Below, one piece after another: positions 1 through 8,317 of a stretch of DNA of 64,000 bases (position 1 is the first letter of the stretch; each line of letters begins with the position of its first letter). This DNA is from an uncultured Nitrososphaerota archaeon. Lineage in GTDB: Archaea > Thermoproteota > EX4484-205 > JAAOZP01. The translations under genes and the position numbers were made by a program. Location: contig CAYQCW010000001.1 in the NCBI GenBank assembly GCA_964416155.1, forward strand, positions 1-64,000, given 5' to 3'. The notes below the pieces were generated by a model. It ran no database searches and was not told where the DNA came from. It saw nothing but the letters and a program-made list of their open reading frames with translations.

Positions 1-278
1 TCAGGCTTTCCACCGACGCTTCTCACAGCCGTCAGGAAGATTTTAAACGTGTCTTTAAACAGGTATTTGAACCTTATGACGCTTGCCCCGTGAACCTGTT
101 CAACAATCATTTTCCTCCCGGTTTTCTCGAAAAAGGTACGCCACTCCTCCGGCTCCACCAGGTGAACCAGCACGACCTCGTGGCCGAGCCTCACAAGGTT
201 CTTAACGTAGTTTTCGACGCGCGTCTGGATGCCGCCGATGCTCGGCGGGAAGTCGAAAGTCACTAGGAGAAACCTCAA
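1..278 (-). CDS. Glycosyltransferase family 4 (GT-B), N-terminal part, runs off the window edge
   Basis: Manual translation from TTG at 278: MRFLLVTFDFPPSIGGIQTRVENYVKNLVRLGHEVVLVHL..., the typical GT4 N-terminus (FPP-x-GG...L...GHEV). The frame stays open to position 1. Confidence 0.8.
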   Translation of the reverse strand, partial: MRFLLVTFDFPPSIGGIQTRVENYVKNLVRLGHEVVLVHLVEPEEWRTFFEKTGRKMIVEQVHGASVIRFKYLFKDTFKIFLTAVRSVGGKP

Positions 279-498
279 CTCTACGCACCGACCCCTGCAA
301 TTTTAGCGCGTGTTATTTCATCTAAGAATTCTCTCTGGATTAAAAATTTCATGTCCTTGGATATTCCGAGTTTAAGCGAGTGTCTGCCTCTAACTCTCAA
401 CTTGGTTAAGCTTCTACTTCTCATTACAGTAGTCCAGTAGGACAGATATAGGTATTAAGCCTTATCGGACTTATCCCTCTCATACTTCTTTTTCTAAT

Positions 499-529
499 TC
501 TTGAAAAGAATTCCAACTAGTTTTCAAGA
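499..529. repeat. 9-bp perfect inverted repeat (TCTTGAAAA-N13-TTTTCAAGA)
   Basis: Seen directly in the intergenic gap about 60 nt downstream of the SPFH operon. Could be a hairpin or operator; function unknown. Confidence 0.4.
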
Positions 530-590
530 CCCTCGCTTACATGGAGCACCTCAACCCTAATGTTAGAAATAACCGGTTTAAACGAGTTCC

Positions 591-1592
591 TCAACGATCA
601 GCATAGTCAAGGATTATCGGGAGCCCGGGTAAAGCCTGCATCCTAGTCAGGCTGCTTGCCACACCCCAAGCGTCTATACTCCACTTGCGCTGGCCAGGGG
701 TTTCTGAACCCTTATCCTTTATCGAGAGGCTTTTAGCAAGCATCGGGGAGGATGCTGTGAGAGAAGAGACTATACCGCCTATGAGGCCCAGCGGAGAACG
801 TGTTAACGCTGCTGCAAGAAGCCCCGCCAGCAAGCCCACTCCTATGATGCCTGCGGAGGCAGTTAGCATTGTTGCCCTAGACCTCGTGCTTAAAGGGTAT
901 TCGACGAAGAGAATCCTGCCGCCGGAAGCATCTAAGAGAATCCTGAACGACCTAGCCTTGTAAACATACTCCATAAGCCAGAACGGGTAGTGCACGAGCC
1001 CAAGGTAGTTGACGTCAACCTTCTCAACCCTCTTGGAGCCTCCGCAGCTCCTGTTTGCCTCAGCCATCGCCTGGCCAGATATGAACCTGTGAGCAGCGTT
1101 GTAGGCTTCCTCGTAGCTTACAGTAGGCATATAGAGCCTGCTTCTCTGAGCCTGACTCGGGTTGAAGAAGCTCCTACCCCTTACTGAGAAAGAGAGTTCT
1201 TTAGCATGGTTGTCGAGCCAGGTGCCTGTGTATGCTGCGAGGATGGGCATGTTCCTAGTTTCAAGGTAGGTGGCCTGCTTGCCGCTGTACGAGCAGGAGG
1301 AGTATGCTTTGCAGCTGAAAACATGGTAGGGAACGTTGTAGAGCTCAGCTTTGCGAAGATTAGCTTCAGCGTTGAAATCAGCTGGGACACCGTACCTCCG
1401 GGTTATGAACTGCATTGCTTTACGCCAGGCTGAAGGACTTTCCACGTATGCTGGAAACATGTAGTATGTCCATGCCTTCCCGGTTGAGGTTTCAAACGTG
1501 TGGCCGCAGTAAGGGCAGACTATTATCGAGGCGGATTGCGGGGCGGTTATGGAAGCGTTGCAGTTTAAGCATGCGACTGTCTTCATGCTCAT
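591..1592 (-). CDS. Zinc-ribbon membrane protein (YdjG-like), paralog 2
   Basis: N-terminal CLNC...CPYC ribbon, YxPF/YPFW motifs and two C-terminal TM helices. The ATG at 1592 overlaps the upstream stop (ATGA); the ORF track gives 1598. Confidence 0.75.
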   Translation of the reverse strand: MSMKTVACLNCNASITAPQSASIIVCPYCGHTFETSTGKAWTYYMFPAYVESPSAWRKAMQFITRRYGVPADFNAEANLRKAELYNVPYHVFSCKAYSSCSYSGKQATYLETRNMPILAAYTGTWLDNHAKELSFSVRGRSFFNPSQAQRSRLYMPTVSYEEAYNAAHRFISGQAMAEANRSCGGSKRVEKVDVNYLGLVHYPFWLMEYVYKARSFRILLDASGGRILFVEYPLSTRSRATMLTASAGIIGVGLLAGLLAAALTRSPLGLIGGIVSSLTASSPMLAKSLSIKDKGSETPGQRKWSIDAWGVASSLTRMQALPGLPIILDYADR

Positions 1593-2605
1593 TTCCATTT
1601 TTCCTCCCTAACGTCGCTAACAGCCCTACTGGCCAAGAGGGCTCCGGCTCCTGAAACAAGTATGAAGACCATCACTGGGAACCAGTTTTCAACTCTTGTT
1701 AGGAGGGCGGGTGCGAAGGCTCCCAAAGCAACCGTCAGGATGCTCCCTATCACGTAAAGCATTCTCCGGCCTAGGAAGACTGGTTCAGAAACCCTTAGGA
1801 ATTGAAGGTTGTAGCCTGAGACACTGGCCCTATACATTCCGCCCTTATACTTGTACACTAGGACCCACATTGGGGCTAGGAGTATCCAGAGCGAGTTCAC
1901 GTTGGCCTGGCAGGAATAGTAGTAGAAGCCGTCTAAGCCGTTGGAGGATCGTACACTATCCCTCAGCTCGTCCTCAACCATGTCCTTAAGCTCGTCCTCA
2001 GCCTCCTCTGGGAGGAGCTCAGCGTTTAAAACCTGCAACCCAACTCTCTTCCAGTCTATCGCAGCAAGGGGTTGAGGATCCTTGGCGGACTTCGCCTGGT
2101 CAACAAGCTCCTCCAAGCCGTATTCAGCAGCCTCCCTCCTCGCCTGGAACGCAAGCCTCATCGACGTGTTGAAAGACCCGTTTTTCGTCACAGTCCTTGT
2201 CACGTATGTTTCACCCGCCCGGGGCTGGGCATACCGGCGGCCGGGAGCAGCTGTAGGCGCGTAGGACATGCTTCGCCTCTCAGTAACCCTCTTAAAACCA
2301 GACCACTCGCCGACGGCTGAAACGTCTCCGACGAGAATAGGCACGTAGAAGCCCTGAACCTCTATCAGCTCAAGGTCGCGGTAAACCCTGCTCATGTCAG
2401 GGTCACGCCTCATTCTGTTCCAGAAAGTGTTCGCCACCTCATCCTTACTGCGAGTCGGAAGAACGAATATTTCAAGCCTCCCGGTGGAGAACCAGTTGAC
2501 CGTACCGCAGTACTCGCATACGCAGGCTATTGTCTCCGGAGTGTAGTTTAATGGGGCGCCGCAGTTCGAGCACTTGAAGACTTTTTCAGGCTCCGGCTGG
2601 GTCAA
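1589..2605 (-). CDS. Zinc-ribbon membrane protein (YdjG-like), paralog 1
   Basis: FKCSNCGAPL...CEYCG ribbon, FYVP and LAPMW..YKYKG motifs, two C-terminal TM helices; same architecture as the neighbouring gene. Confidence 0.75.
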   Translation of the reverse strand: MTQPEPEKVFKCSNCGAPLNYTPETIACVCEYCGTVNWFSTGRLEIFVLPTRSKDEVANTFWNRMRRDPDMSRVYRDLELIEVQGFYVPILVGDVSAVGEWSGFKRVTERRSMSYAPTAAPGRRYAQPRAGETYVTRTVTKNGSFNTSMRLAFQARREAAEYGLEELVDQAKSAKDPQPLAAIDWKRVGLQVLNAELLPEEAEDELKDMVEDELRDSVRSSNGLDGFYYYSCQANVNSLWILLAPMWVLVYKYKGGMYRASVSGYNLQFLRVSEPVFLGRRMLYVIGSILTVALGAFAPALLTRVENWFPVMVFILVSGAGALLASRAVSDVREEKWK

Positions 2606-2928
2606 CTCTTCCTCCTGGAAACAATTACCCCGGCGATAACCATGATTATTAAGGCTATGCTGAAGTTGAGCACAGGGTTTCCTGTGACGAGCGTAAGCAT
2701 AAGCGAAGCCCCCGCGCTTAAAAGCACCAGCCCCCAGACCAGGTAGTACCTCCAGTCCCCAGCCATCGTTGAGAAAACAATAGTGTACAATCCCAGAGAG
2801 AGGAGTGGAATAGACACTAGTATCAGAGGGTCGACATGACCCGTTGAAACCAGGATGCCGTCGACGCCTACTGAGACAAGTAGGACGGCCAGCGCGTATC
2901 CTCCGTAGCCTGTTCTCCGCCCACTCAT
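2602..2928 (-). CDS. Small 4-TM membrane protein
   Basis: 108 aa, four hydrophobic segments; its stop overlaps the next start (TTGA). Confidence 0.7.
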   Translation of the reverse strand: MSGRRTGYGGYALAVLLVSVGVDGILVSTGHVDPLILVSIPLLSLGLYTIVFSTMAGDWRYYLVWGLVLLSAGASLMLTLVTGNPVLNFSIALIIMVIAGVIVSRRKS

Positions 2929-2937
2929 TTACAGTCC

Positions 2938-4092
2938 CTACGTAAGCTTAGCGCCACAGTTGAGGCAGAACTTTGAACCCGCGGGAACCGTGGACCCGCA
3001 TTGAGGACAGTTGACGGCCTGAGGCTGCAACACTGCTCCACAGTTCATGCAGAACTTCGCGTTAGCCGGGTTCTGAGAACCGCATTTAGGGCAATTAACA
3101 GTGGCCTGCAGGGGTGTGCCACAGCTCATGCAGAACTTGGCTGCACTCGGGTTCTGCGTCCCGCATTTCGGGCACGCTACTGTTCCAGCAGGGGGTGCGG
3201 CGGGCGGCTGTGCAGGAGGCGGTGGTGGTGCTTGGATGGCTGCACCGCAGTTTGGACAGAACTTGCTGGTCGAGGGAATCTGCGACTTGCAGCTTGGGCA
3301 TATTACTAGGGGTGTTCCGGCTGCAGCCTGCTGCATGAGCTGGGGCACGAGCACTATTCCTGTTCCAGCCGCCGCCCCGGGCGACTTGCTCAGGGACTCG
3401 GCGACGCTTTTAGTCGTGTCCATCGCCAGAACCTGTGAGGCTGCACCCCCAGTCTGCTTTATCCAGAAAAGCCTATCCCTGTACTCGGGCGTGGTGTCAA
3501 CACCTTCGAACTTCAGGTCTACGATGTCTACGCCCACGCGTTTAAACTCCTCGTCTACCGTAGCCTTAACCTTGAACGAGACCTCTTCAAGCTTTGTGAA
3601 GACCGTTACTAGGTCGTATGTAGAGAGTTGCGTTATCAGCCTCTCGTTCATGTATCCTCGGAGGAAGCTGTTGACCGCTTCCGTAGTGTAGGCGCTCTGC
3701 CCACCGACCACCTCCATTACGAAAGTCTTCGGGTCTCCTGCTTTAAACCAGAATGCTCCGTAGAATTTTAAGGGTGCGAGCTCAACCGTCTGCCCACTGG
3801 CGCCGAACAATCCTTTAAACTGTTTCGTTGAAACGAATATTACTGTAGCCTTAAAGGGCGTGGTCTCGAAGCCCGCTACCCTTGTTAAGACACCTGTCAG
3901 CAGTGGGAGGTTCATTGTGGTTAAAGTATGTCTCCCAGGCCCGAAAACATCGTAAGCCTTACCGTCTCTGAAGAATATTGCAGCCTCATACTCGTGGACG
4001 ATCAGCTGAGCACCCCAGGTTATCTCCTCCTTAGGATATCTCCAGACAATGTCCTCCGCGGAAGCCCCTACCCACTCTATTATCTGAGGCAT
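2938..4092 (-). CDS. SPFH/Band-7 domain protein (YdjI-like) with four C-terminal double zinc ribbons
   Basis: IVWRYP..I.WGAQLIVHE.E.AIFFRDGK..DVFGPGRHTLTT.NLP is characteristic of SPFH-like YdjI proteins. The C-terminus has 8 CxxC motifs and a Pro/Ala linker. Confidence 0.85.
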   Translation of the reverse strand: MPQIIEWVGASAEDIVWRYPKEEITWGAQLIVHEYEAAIFFRDGKAYDVFGPGRHTLTTMNLPLLTGVLTRVAGFETTPFKATVIFVSTKQFKGLFGASGQTVELAPLKFYGAFWFKAGDPKTFVMEVVGGQSAYTTEAVNSFLRGYMNERLITQLSTYDLVTVFTKLEEVSFKVKATVDEEFKRVGVDIVDLKFEGVDTTPEYRDRLFWIKQTGGAASQVLAMDTTKSVAESLSKSPGAAAGTGIVLVPQLMQQAAAGTPLVICPSCKSQIPSTSKFCPNCGAAIQAPPPPPAQPPAAPPAGTVACPKCGTQNPSAAKFCMSCGTPLQATVNCPKCGSQNPANAKFCMNCGAVLQPQAVNCPQCGSTVPAGSKFCLNCGAKLT

Positions 4093-4094
4093 TC

Positions 4095-4631
4095 TTAGAC
4101 ACCTCTCTTAATGGAGACTATCTCCTCCTCTCTGGATGAGAATGCTGATTCAAGCTCCCTAGCCTTGGCTTCAAGCTGATTCAAGAAGCCTGGGAGAACA
4201 TCCAGGCTTCCGGCGCCCGCAGCATTGCCAGCCTTCTCAGCTATTCTGGAAACCTCTTCGCAAGTCCCTAGCAGCTTGTAGTCGTAATCCATCAGTCTGT
4301 CAAGCTCATCCTCGCGAACCTTAACAAGGTCGAAGAAGCCGGCGTAACCGTAGTCAGCATGCTCAATCTTGTTTATAACCCTGTCTAGGACCGCGGAAAC
4401 CCTGTTTATACTCTTAAACAATCGGACCGCGTCCGAGTCAGCGGCCTCCCTTGAGACTGTTTTCAAATGGGACCTGGCTGTCTCAAGCTTTTTAACCATG
4501 AAATCCCTTAGAAGCTTGTCCGCCTCCCTCCTAAGCTCCCTCTGCTTATACCCCCTGTATCCGGGGATGTAGGAAGCTATCTTCTCAGCCAGCCCTCTTC
4601 TCTCCTCATATTTCTTTATGAACTCGCTCAT
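4095..4631 (-). CDS. Conserved alpha-helical/coiled-coil protein (IPGYRGY...RREADKLLR family)
   Basis: 178 aa, charged and helical; first gene of the SPFH operon, 2 nt from the next start. Confidence 0.7.
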   Translation of the reverse strand: MSEFIKKYEERRGLAEKIASYIPGYRGYKQRELRREADKLLRDFMVKKLETARSHLKTVSREAADSDAVRLFKSINRVSAVLDRVINKIEHADYGYAGFFDLVKVREDELDRLMDYDYKLLGTCEEVSRIAEKAGNAAGAGSLDVLPGFLNQLEAKARELESAFSSREEEIVSIKRGV

Positions 4632-4695
4632 GAAGATGCATGATTCATAACTAGCTTAAAAACATTACTTATAGAAGGATTTAAAAACAAGTTTC

Positions 4696-5703
4696 TCACA
4701 GCGGGAGTGCTACAGGCCTCCCCTCCTTAAGCGACCTATGTATTGCCAGTGCAACCTCTACAGCGGCTCTCGCATCCTCAGCTGAAACCAGAGGCTCTTC
4801 CTTCCCCTCTATGCAGTTTAAGAAATGAACAATCTCATCCCTGAGATACCCTCTTACCCGCCCGTGGACAACCGGCTGATAGTAGGAAAGGGTTTCCGGC
4901 CCCTTCTCCCCCCAGAACAGGAAGCTATAGCTAGGCTGGCTTATCCAGAGGCTTCCCCGTGTTCCCACGAGCTCAAGTTTAAAATCGAAAGGCATCGAGG
5001 AGGGCAGAATCCAAATGTTCTCCAATGCTCCAATAGTTCCCCCTTTAAACCTGAAGACAGACCAGACAGCGTCCTCGACACGGTGGGGCTTGAGAACCCT
5101 GCTTTCAGCCTCAGCGTAAACCCTGCTAACATTTCTCCCAATGATCCACCTCATTACATCAATGTCGTGCACACCAAGGAAGAGAAGCGGCGAGGTCTCC
5201 TTAAGCCAGTTCTTCAACCTCATTGGAGAGGTTATCGAGTTGTTTCTCCTAGCCCAGATTGAAACAGGTTCGCCGAGCAGCCCCCCATCCATGTACTCCT
5301 TAGCCTTCGCATAATTGTAGTCGAAACGCACTATGTGGCCAACGAGGAAAATTATCCCTGCTTTTTTAACCGCGTTCACAATAGTGTCCGCATCCCTGAG
5401 AGTTGTGGCAATAGGCTTCTCCAAGAGCACTGCTTTCCCAGCCTTCGCCGCTGCCACCGTAGGCTCACGGTGAAGATGGTCTGGGACAGCGATGCTGACA
5501 GCATCAATATCCGGCCTCGCCAACAGCTCGTTGTAGTCAACATACCATTTTTCAGCCCCGAACTCCCTCGCAGCCTCCCTAGCATTTTTCTCGGCAACAT
5601 CCACGGTCGCAACGAGCTTTACTCCAGGCAGCTCCGAGTAGACTCGGGCATGGTGCCTCCCCATAACGCCGCAGCCTATTACCCCAACCCTAATCAGACC
5701 CAT
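4696..5703 (-). CDS. Gfo/Idh/MocA family oxidoreductase
   Basis: GVIGCGVMG Rossmann motif, EKP motif, HDID. Confidence 0.9.
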   Translation of the reverse strand: MGLIRVGVIGCGVMGRHHARVYSELPGVKLVATVDVAEKNAREAAREFGAEKWYVDYNELLARPDIDAVSIAVPDHLHREPTVAAAKAGKAVLLEKPIATTLRDADTIVNAVKKAGIIFLVGHIVRFDYNYAKAKEYMDGGLLGEPVSIWARRNNSITSPMRLKNWLKETSPLLFLGVHDIDVMRWIIGRNVSRVYAEAESRVLKPHRVEDAVWSVFRFKGGTIGALENIWILPSSMPFDFKLELVGTRGSLWISQPSYSFLFWGEKGPETLSYYQPVVHGRVRGYLRDEIVHFLNCIEGKEEPLVSAEDARAAVEVALAIHRSLKEGRPVALPL

Positions 5704-5714
5704 TAGTCTTCGCC

Positions 5715-6725
5715 TTAAAGCATCCTCACCGTCTCTAAAGGCTTTACTTTCATAACCTCAGGGTTCAGAAGGCTTGGAGGAGCCTCGCCGCGGAGAACGC
5801 TCAGAATGTTTTCAGCAGCTTTCTCAGCAAGCCTCCTCCTAGCCTCGAAGGCTGCACTCGCCATGTGTGGAGTGAGAACAACGTTATCCATGCTTAAGAG
5901 CGGGTTGTCAGGGTTAATAGGCTCCTTCTCGAAAACGTCCAGCGCGGCTCCAGCTAACCATCCTTCTTTCAAAGCCTTCACCAGAGCCTTCTCATCAACC
6001 ACCGCCCCTCTGGAGATGTTTATCAGGTAGGAGGAGGGCTTCATGATACTAAGCTCCCTCTCGCCAATCATCCTAACGGTTTCAGGGGTTAAAGCAGTTG
6101 AGAGGACGATGAAGTCAGACTCCCTAAGAAGCTCGTTGAGAGGCCTGTAGGATATGCCTAGCTCAGCCTCAACATCCGGCTTCCTAGTCCTGCTGAAGTA
6201 TACGACCCTCATGCTTAGACCCCTGGCCCTGCTCGCAACAGCCTTTCCGATGGCTCCAAGCCCGATTATGCCGAGCGTCTTACCGCTTATCTCTGGGCCG
6301 AGCATGAACATCGGTGACCAAGCTGTCTTCCAGTAGCCTCTTCTGAGAAACCTGTCCGCCTCAACAACCCTCCTGGCGACTGAGAAGAGGAGGGCCAGCG
6401 CAAACTCTGCGACAGCGTCCGTTAAGACGCTGGGCACATTAGTAACGTAGACTCCTCGCGCAGTAGCCTCCTTCAAATCTATGTGGTCGTAGCCAGCGCT
6501 CATACTGCTTACAACCCTAAGTCTCCCAGCCTTCTCAAAAACCTCCCTGTCCATCGTGTCGCTTAGAAGTATGAGTGCAGCATCCTTGTCCTTAAGGCTT
6601 TTAACTAGGATACTCTTTGGCGGAGGGTACTCGGAGTCGTAAAGCTCAACGTCGCAGTGTTCCCCGAGAAGCCTTAGGGCAGAGTCCTGTATTCTTCTCG
6701 AAACATAGACCCTGGGCCTAGCCAT
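5715..6725 (-). CDS. gyaR: D-2-hydroxyacid dehydrogenase / glyoxylate reductase
   Basis: GYDHID, GIIGLGAIG, INISRGAVVDE, LDVFEKEP and TPHMAS motifs. Confidence 0.85.
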   Translation of the reverse strand: MARPRVYVSRRIQDSALRLLGEHCDVELYDSEYPPPKSILVKSLKDKDAALILLSDTMDREVFEKAGRLRVVSSMSAGYDHIDLKEATARGVYVTNVPSVLTDAVAEFALALLFSVARRVVEADRFLRRGYWKTAWSPMFMLGPEISGKTLGIIGLGAIGKAVASRARGLSMRVVYFSRTRKPDVEAELGISYRPLNELLRESDFIVLSTALTPETVRMIGERELSIMKPSSYLINISRGAVVDEKALVKALKEGWLAGAALDVFEKEPINPDNPLLSMDNVVLTPHMASAAFEARRRLAEKAAENILSVLRGEAPPSLLNPEVMKVKPLETVRML

Positions 6726-6804
6726 GCTTACTGGATTACTCTCAAGGTTTTATAAGTATTGGTGCACGCACCCAGGCCTAGGAGGCTTCGAAAAACCTGT
6801 TTTC

Positions 6805-7833
6805 TCAGGAAGGCTTTAAAACCATTATGCTGGGGCTAGCGTCGCCGTGTCTGATGGTTCTCTCATGCTCAAGGATCAACCCTATTTTTGAAGAGATTTC
6901 TCTCACGTAACCCGGCTTGATGGTTATGAGCACGATCCGCCCATCCTCGCTTAGAACCTTCCTCATCTCCGGCAGGCACATGCTGTATAAGGCATAAGGT
7001 TTGATTCTGGCTATGGGCTTAGTGCCATAGGGAGGGTCTGTAACTATCATGTCAACCTTAAACCTCAATGCTTTAGAAAGCCTCCTGCAATCAACCCTCT
7101 TGAAGACTATTCCTTCAGAAACACCCATGGATTCAGCGTTAAGAGCAGCACCCTCCAGAAAGTATTCTGAAACATCGAACCCATATATCTTAACGCCACT
7201 AGTTGAGAGAGCAGCCTCGATAGGTATGATTCCGCCGCCACACATCGGGTCGAGAAGAGCAGTCCCCGGCCTTGGGCTGGCGATTCTAACCATCCCGTAA
7301 GCAACCGAGGGCCTGAGGGCAGCCGGGTGGGTGAAGACGATGTACCTGCCCGAGGTATACTCGTTCCTAAAAAGACCTAGGAAGCAAGTGTCTCCAACAA
7401 TATCTAGGAAAACATTAACCTGAAAATTCTCAAGGTCCACTTTTAAACCATACTTGTCCACCAGTGCTTGGCCAGCCTTTCTTTGAACATCCATGCTTGT
7501 AAACTCGTGTTCGCCACGCCTCCTGCAAGTCACCCTGAAGGAGGAAGCTTCGCGAAACTCGCTGGGAAACTCCATCATCACGATCTCACTGTAGACATCC
7601 TCCAGGCCCCTTAGACTCGTGTCCATTTTAAAAGCCCCAACATACTCTAGGAACCAGTCTATACTTCTGAGTGACAGCAGCCTTGAAGAAGCGGAGGCAG
7701 GTATGTCTATGATTATCCTTCCCGGAACACCCTGAGGGTTCTCCTCTACAACGCTTTTAGAAATAATCTTCTCATCCAGCTCAGACTTAACAATGTCCTC
7801 GAGGCCGCATGGGAAGATTATGAGAAACCTCAC
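6805..7833 (-). CDS. THUMP-domain tRNA guanine-N2 methyltransferase (Trm14/TrmN-like)
   Basis: THUMP segment (SFRVTCRRRGEHEFTSMD), HPAALRP, LLDPMCGGG SAM motif, DPPYG. Confidence 0.85.
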   Translation of the reverse strand: MRFLIIFPCGLEDIVKSELDEKIISKSVVEENPQGVPGRIIIDIPASASSRLLSLRSIDWFLEYVGAFKMDTSLRGLEDVYSEIVMMEFPSEFREASSFRVTCRRRGEHEFTSMDVQRKAGQALVDKYGLKVDLENFQVNVFLDIVGDTCFLGLFRNEYTSGRYIVFTHPAALRPSVAYGMVRIASPRPGTALLDPMCGGGIIPIEAALSTSGVKIYGFDVSEYFLEGAALNAESMGVSEGIVFKRVDCRRLSKALRFKVDMIVTDPPYGTKPIARIKPYALYSMCLPEMRKVLSEDGRIVLITIKPGYVREISSKIGLILEHERTIRHGDASPSIMVLKPS

Positions 7834-7899
7834 GGCGTGGCTCTAAGTATCCAGTGTTAAGTCTGAGGACTTAAGTGTTAATTCTAAGGATGCTAGCCC

Positions 7900-8023
7900 T
7901 TGAAACTCAACGCAAGCCAGTGGGGTTCCCGGTTAGTCAATCTAAGGCTTCACCCTGCCGGGTTAAGGGCCGTGTAAAGCCAGCCCCCGCCATACGCGTA
8001 TATCGCATGGCCCGCTTCATTAG
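7900..8023 (-). mobile_element. Relic resembling an IS200/IS605 tnpB 3' end / right end (omegaRNA region), copy 1
   Basis: Minus strand reads LMKRAMRYTRMAGAGFTRPLTRQGEALD*, resembling archaeal TnpB C-terminal tails, followed by GGGAACCCCAC...GAGTTTCAA ending in a TCAA right-end motif. Clearly similar to 13744-13830. Confidence 0.55.
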
Positions 8024-8233
8024 GCACACGAGCTACGCCAGACTTTTACCCGATTAAAGGCAGGCTTCAGCCACTATAAAGCGGACTAAAATGCCCTTTC
8101 AAAAACTCCTTATTTCACACTCCTCCACAGCTCCCAGCTATTATTAACAGGCGGTATATTATTCCGATCGTCCTCAGATTTATTCAGATGTACTCTGATC
8201 GTTCAGGCCTGCGGGCTTGCTTTCTCCACGATT

Positions 8234-8299
8234 CTTTCTGCCCCGGGCTTGGGGAAGGCACATCTTGACGAGGAATATTTCGAGAAGCTTGTCGAGCAG
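8234..8299 (+). repeat. 66-bp orphan copy of the 3' part of the ykgJ-like gene (direct repeat of 11157-11224)
   Basis: CTTTCTGCCCCGGGCTTGGGGAAGGCAC--ATCTTGACGAGGAATATTTCGAGAAGCTTGTCGAGCAG versus the 11157-11224 copy: one 2-nt deletion and one mismatch. Confidence 0.95.
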
Positions 8300-8317
8300 C
8301 GTGCGGCTCTAAGGTTG

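Noticed and set aside
280-590. Possible gene remnant in the 310-nt AT-rich gap
   Set aside because: The frames I translated gave only short stop-interrupted stretches with no recognisable family; only the 9-bp inverted repeat is reported.
2945-3300. CRISPR-like or tandem DNA repeat
   Set aside because: The ~78-nt periodicity is explained by the coding zinc-ribbon repeats of the SPFH protein; there are no identical repeats with unique spacers.
7875-8057. 60-aa plus-strand ORF
   Set aside because: No recognisable motif; it is antisense to the IS-like relic.
8161-8206. Short internal repeats (GATCGT twice, TCAGAT twice)
   Set aside because: Only 6-nt matches and an imperfect arrangement; not distinguishable from chance.
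7860-8230. SRP RNA or RNase P RNA in the long GC-rich intergenic gap
   Set aside because: No SRP helix-8 motif (GCC-AGG-CCCGGAAGGGAGCA-like) and no RNase P GAGGAAAGUCC / terminal conserved motif on either strand. The tnpB-end interpretation fits better.
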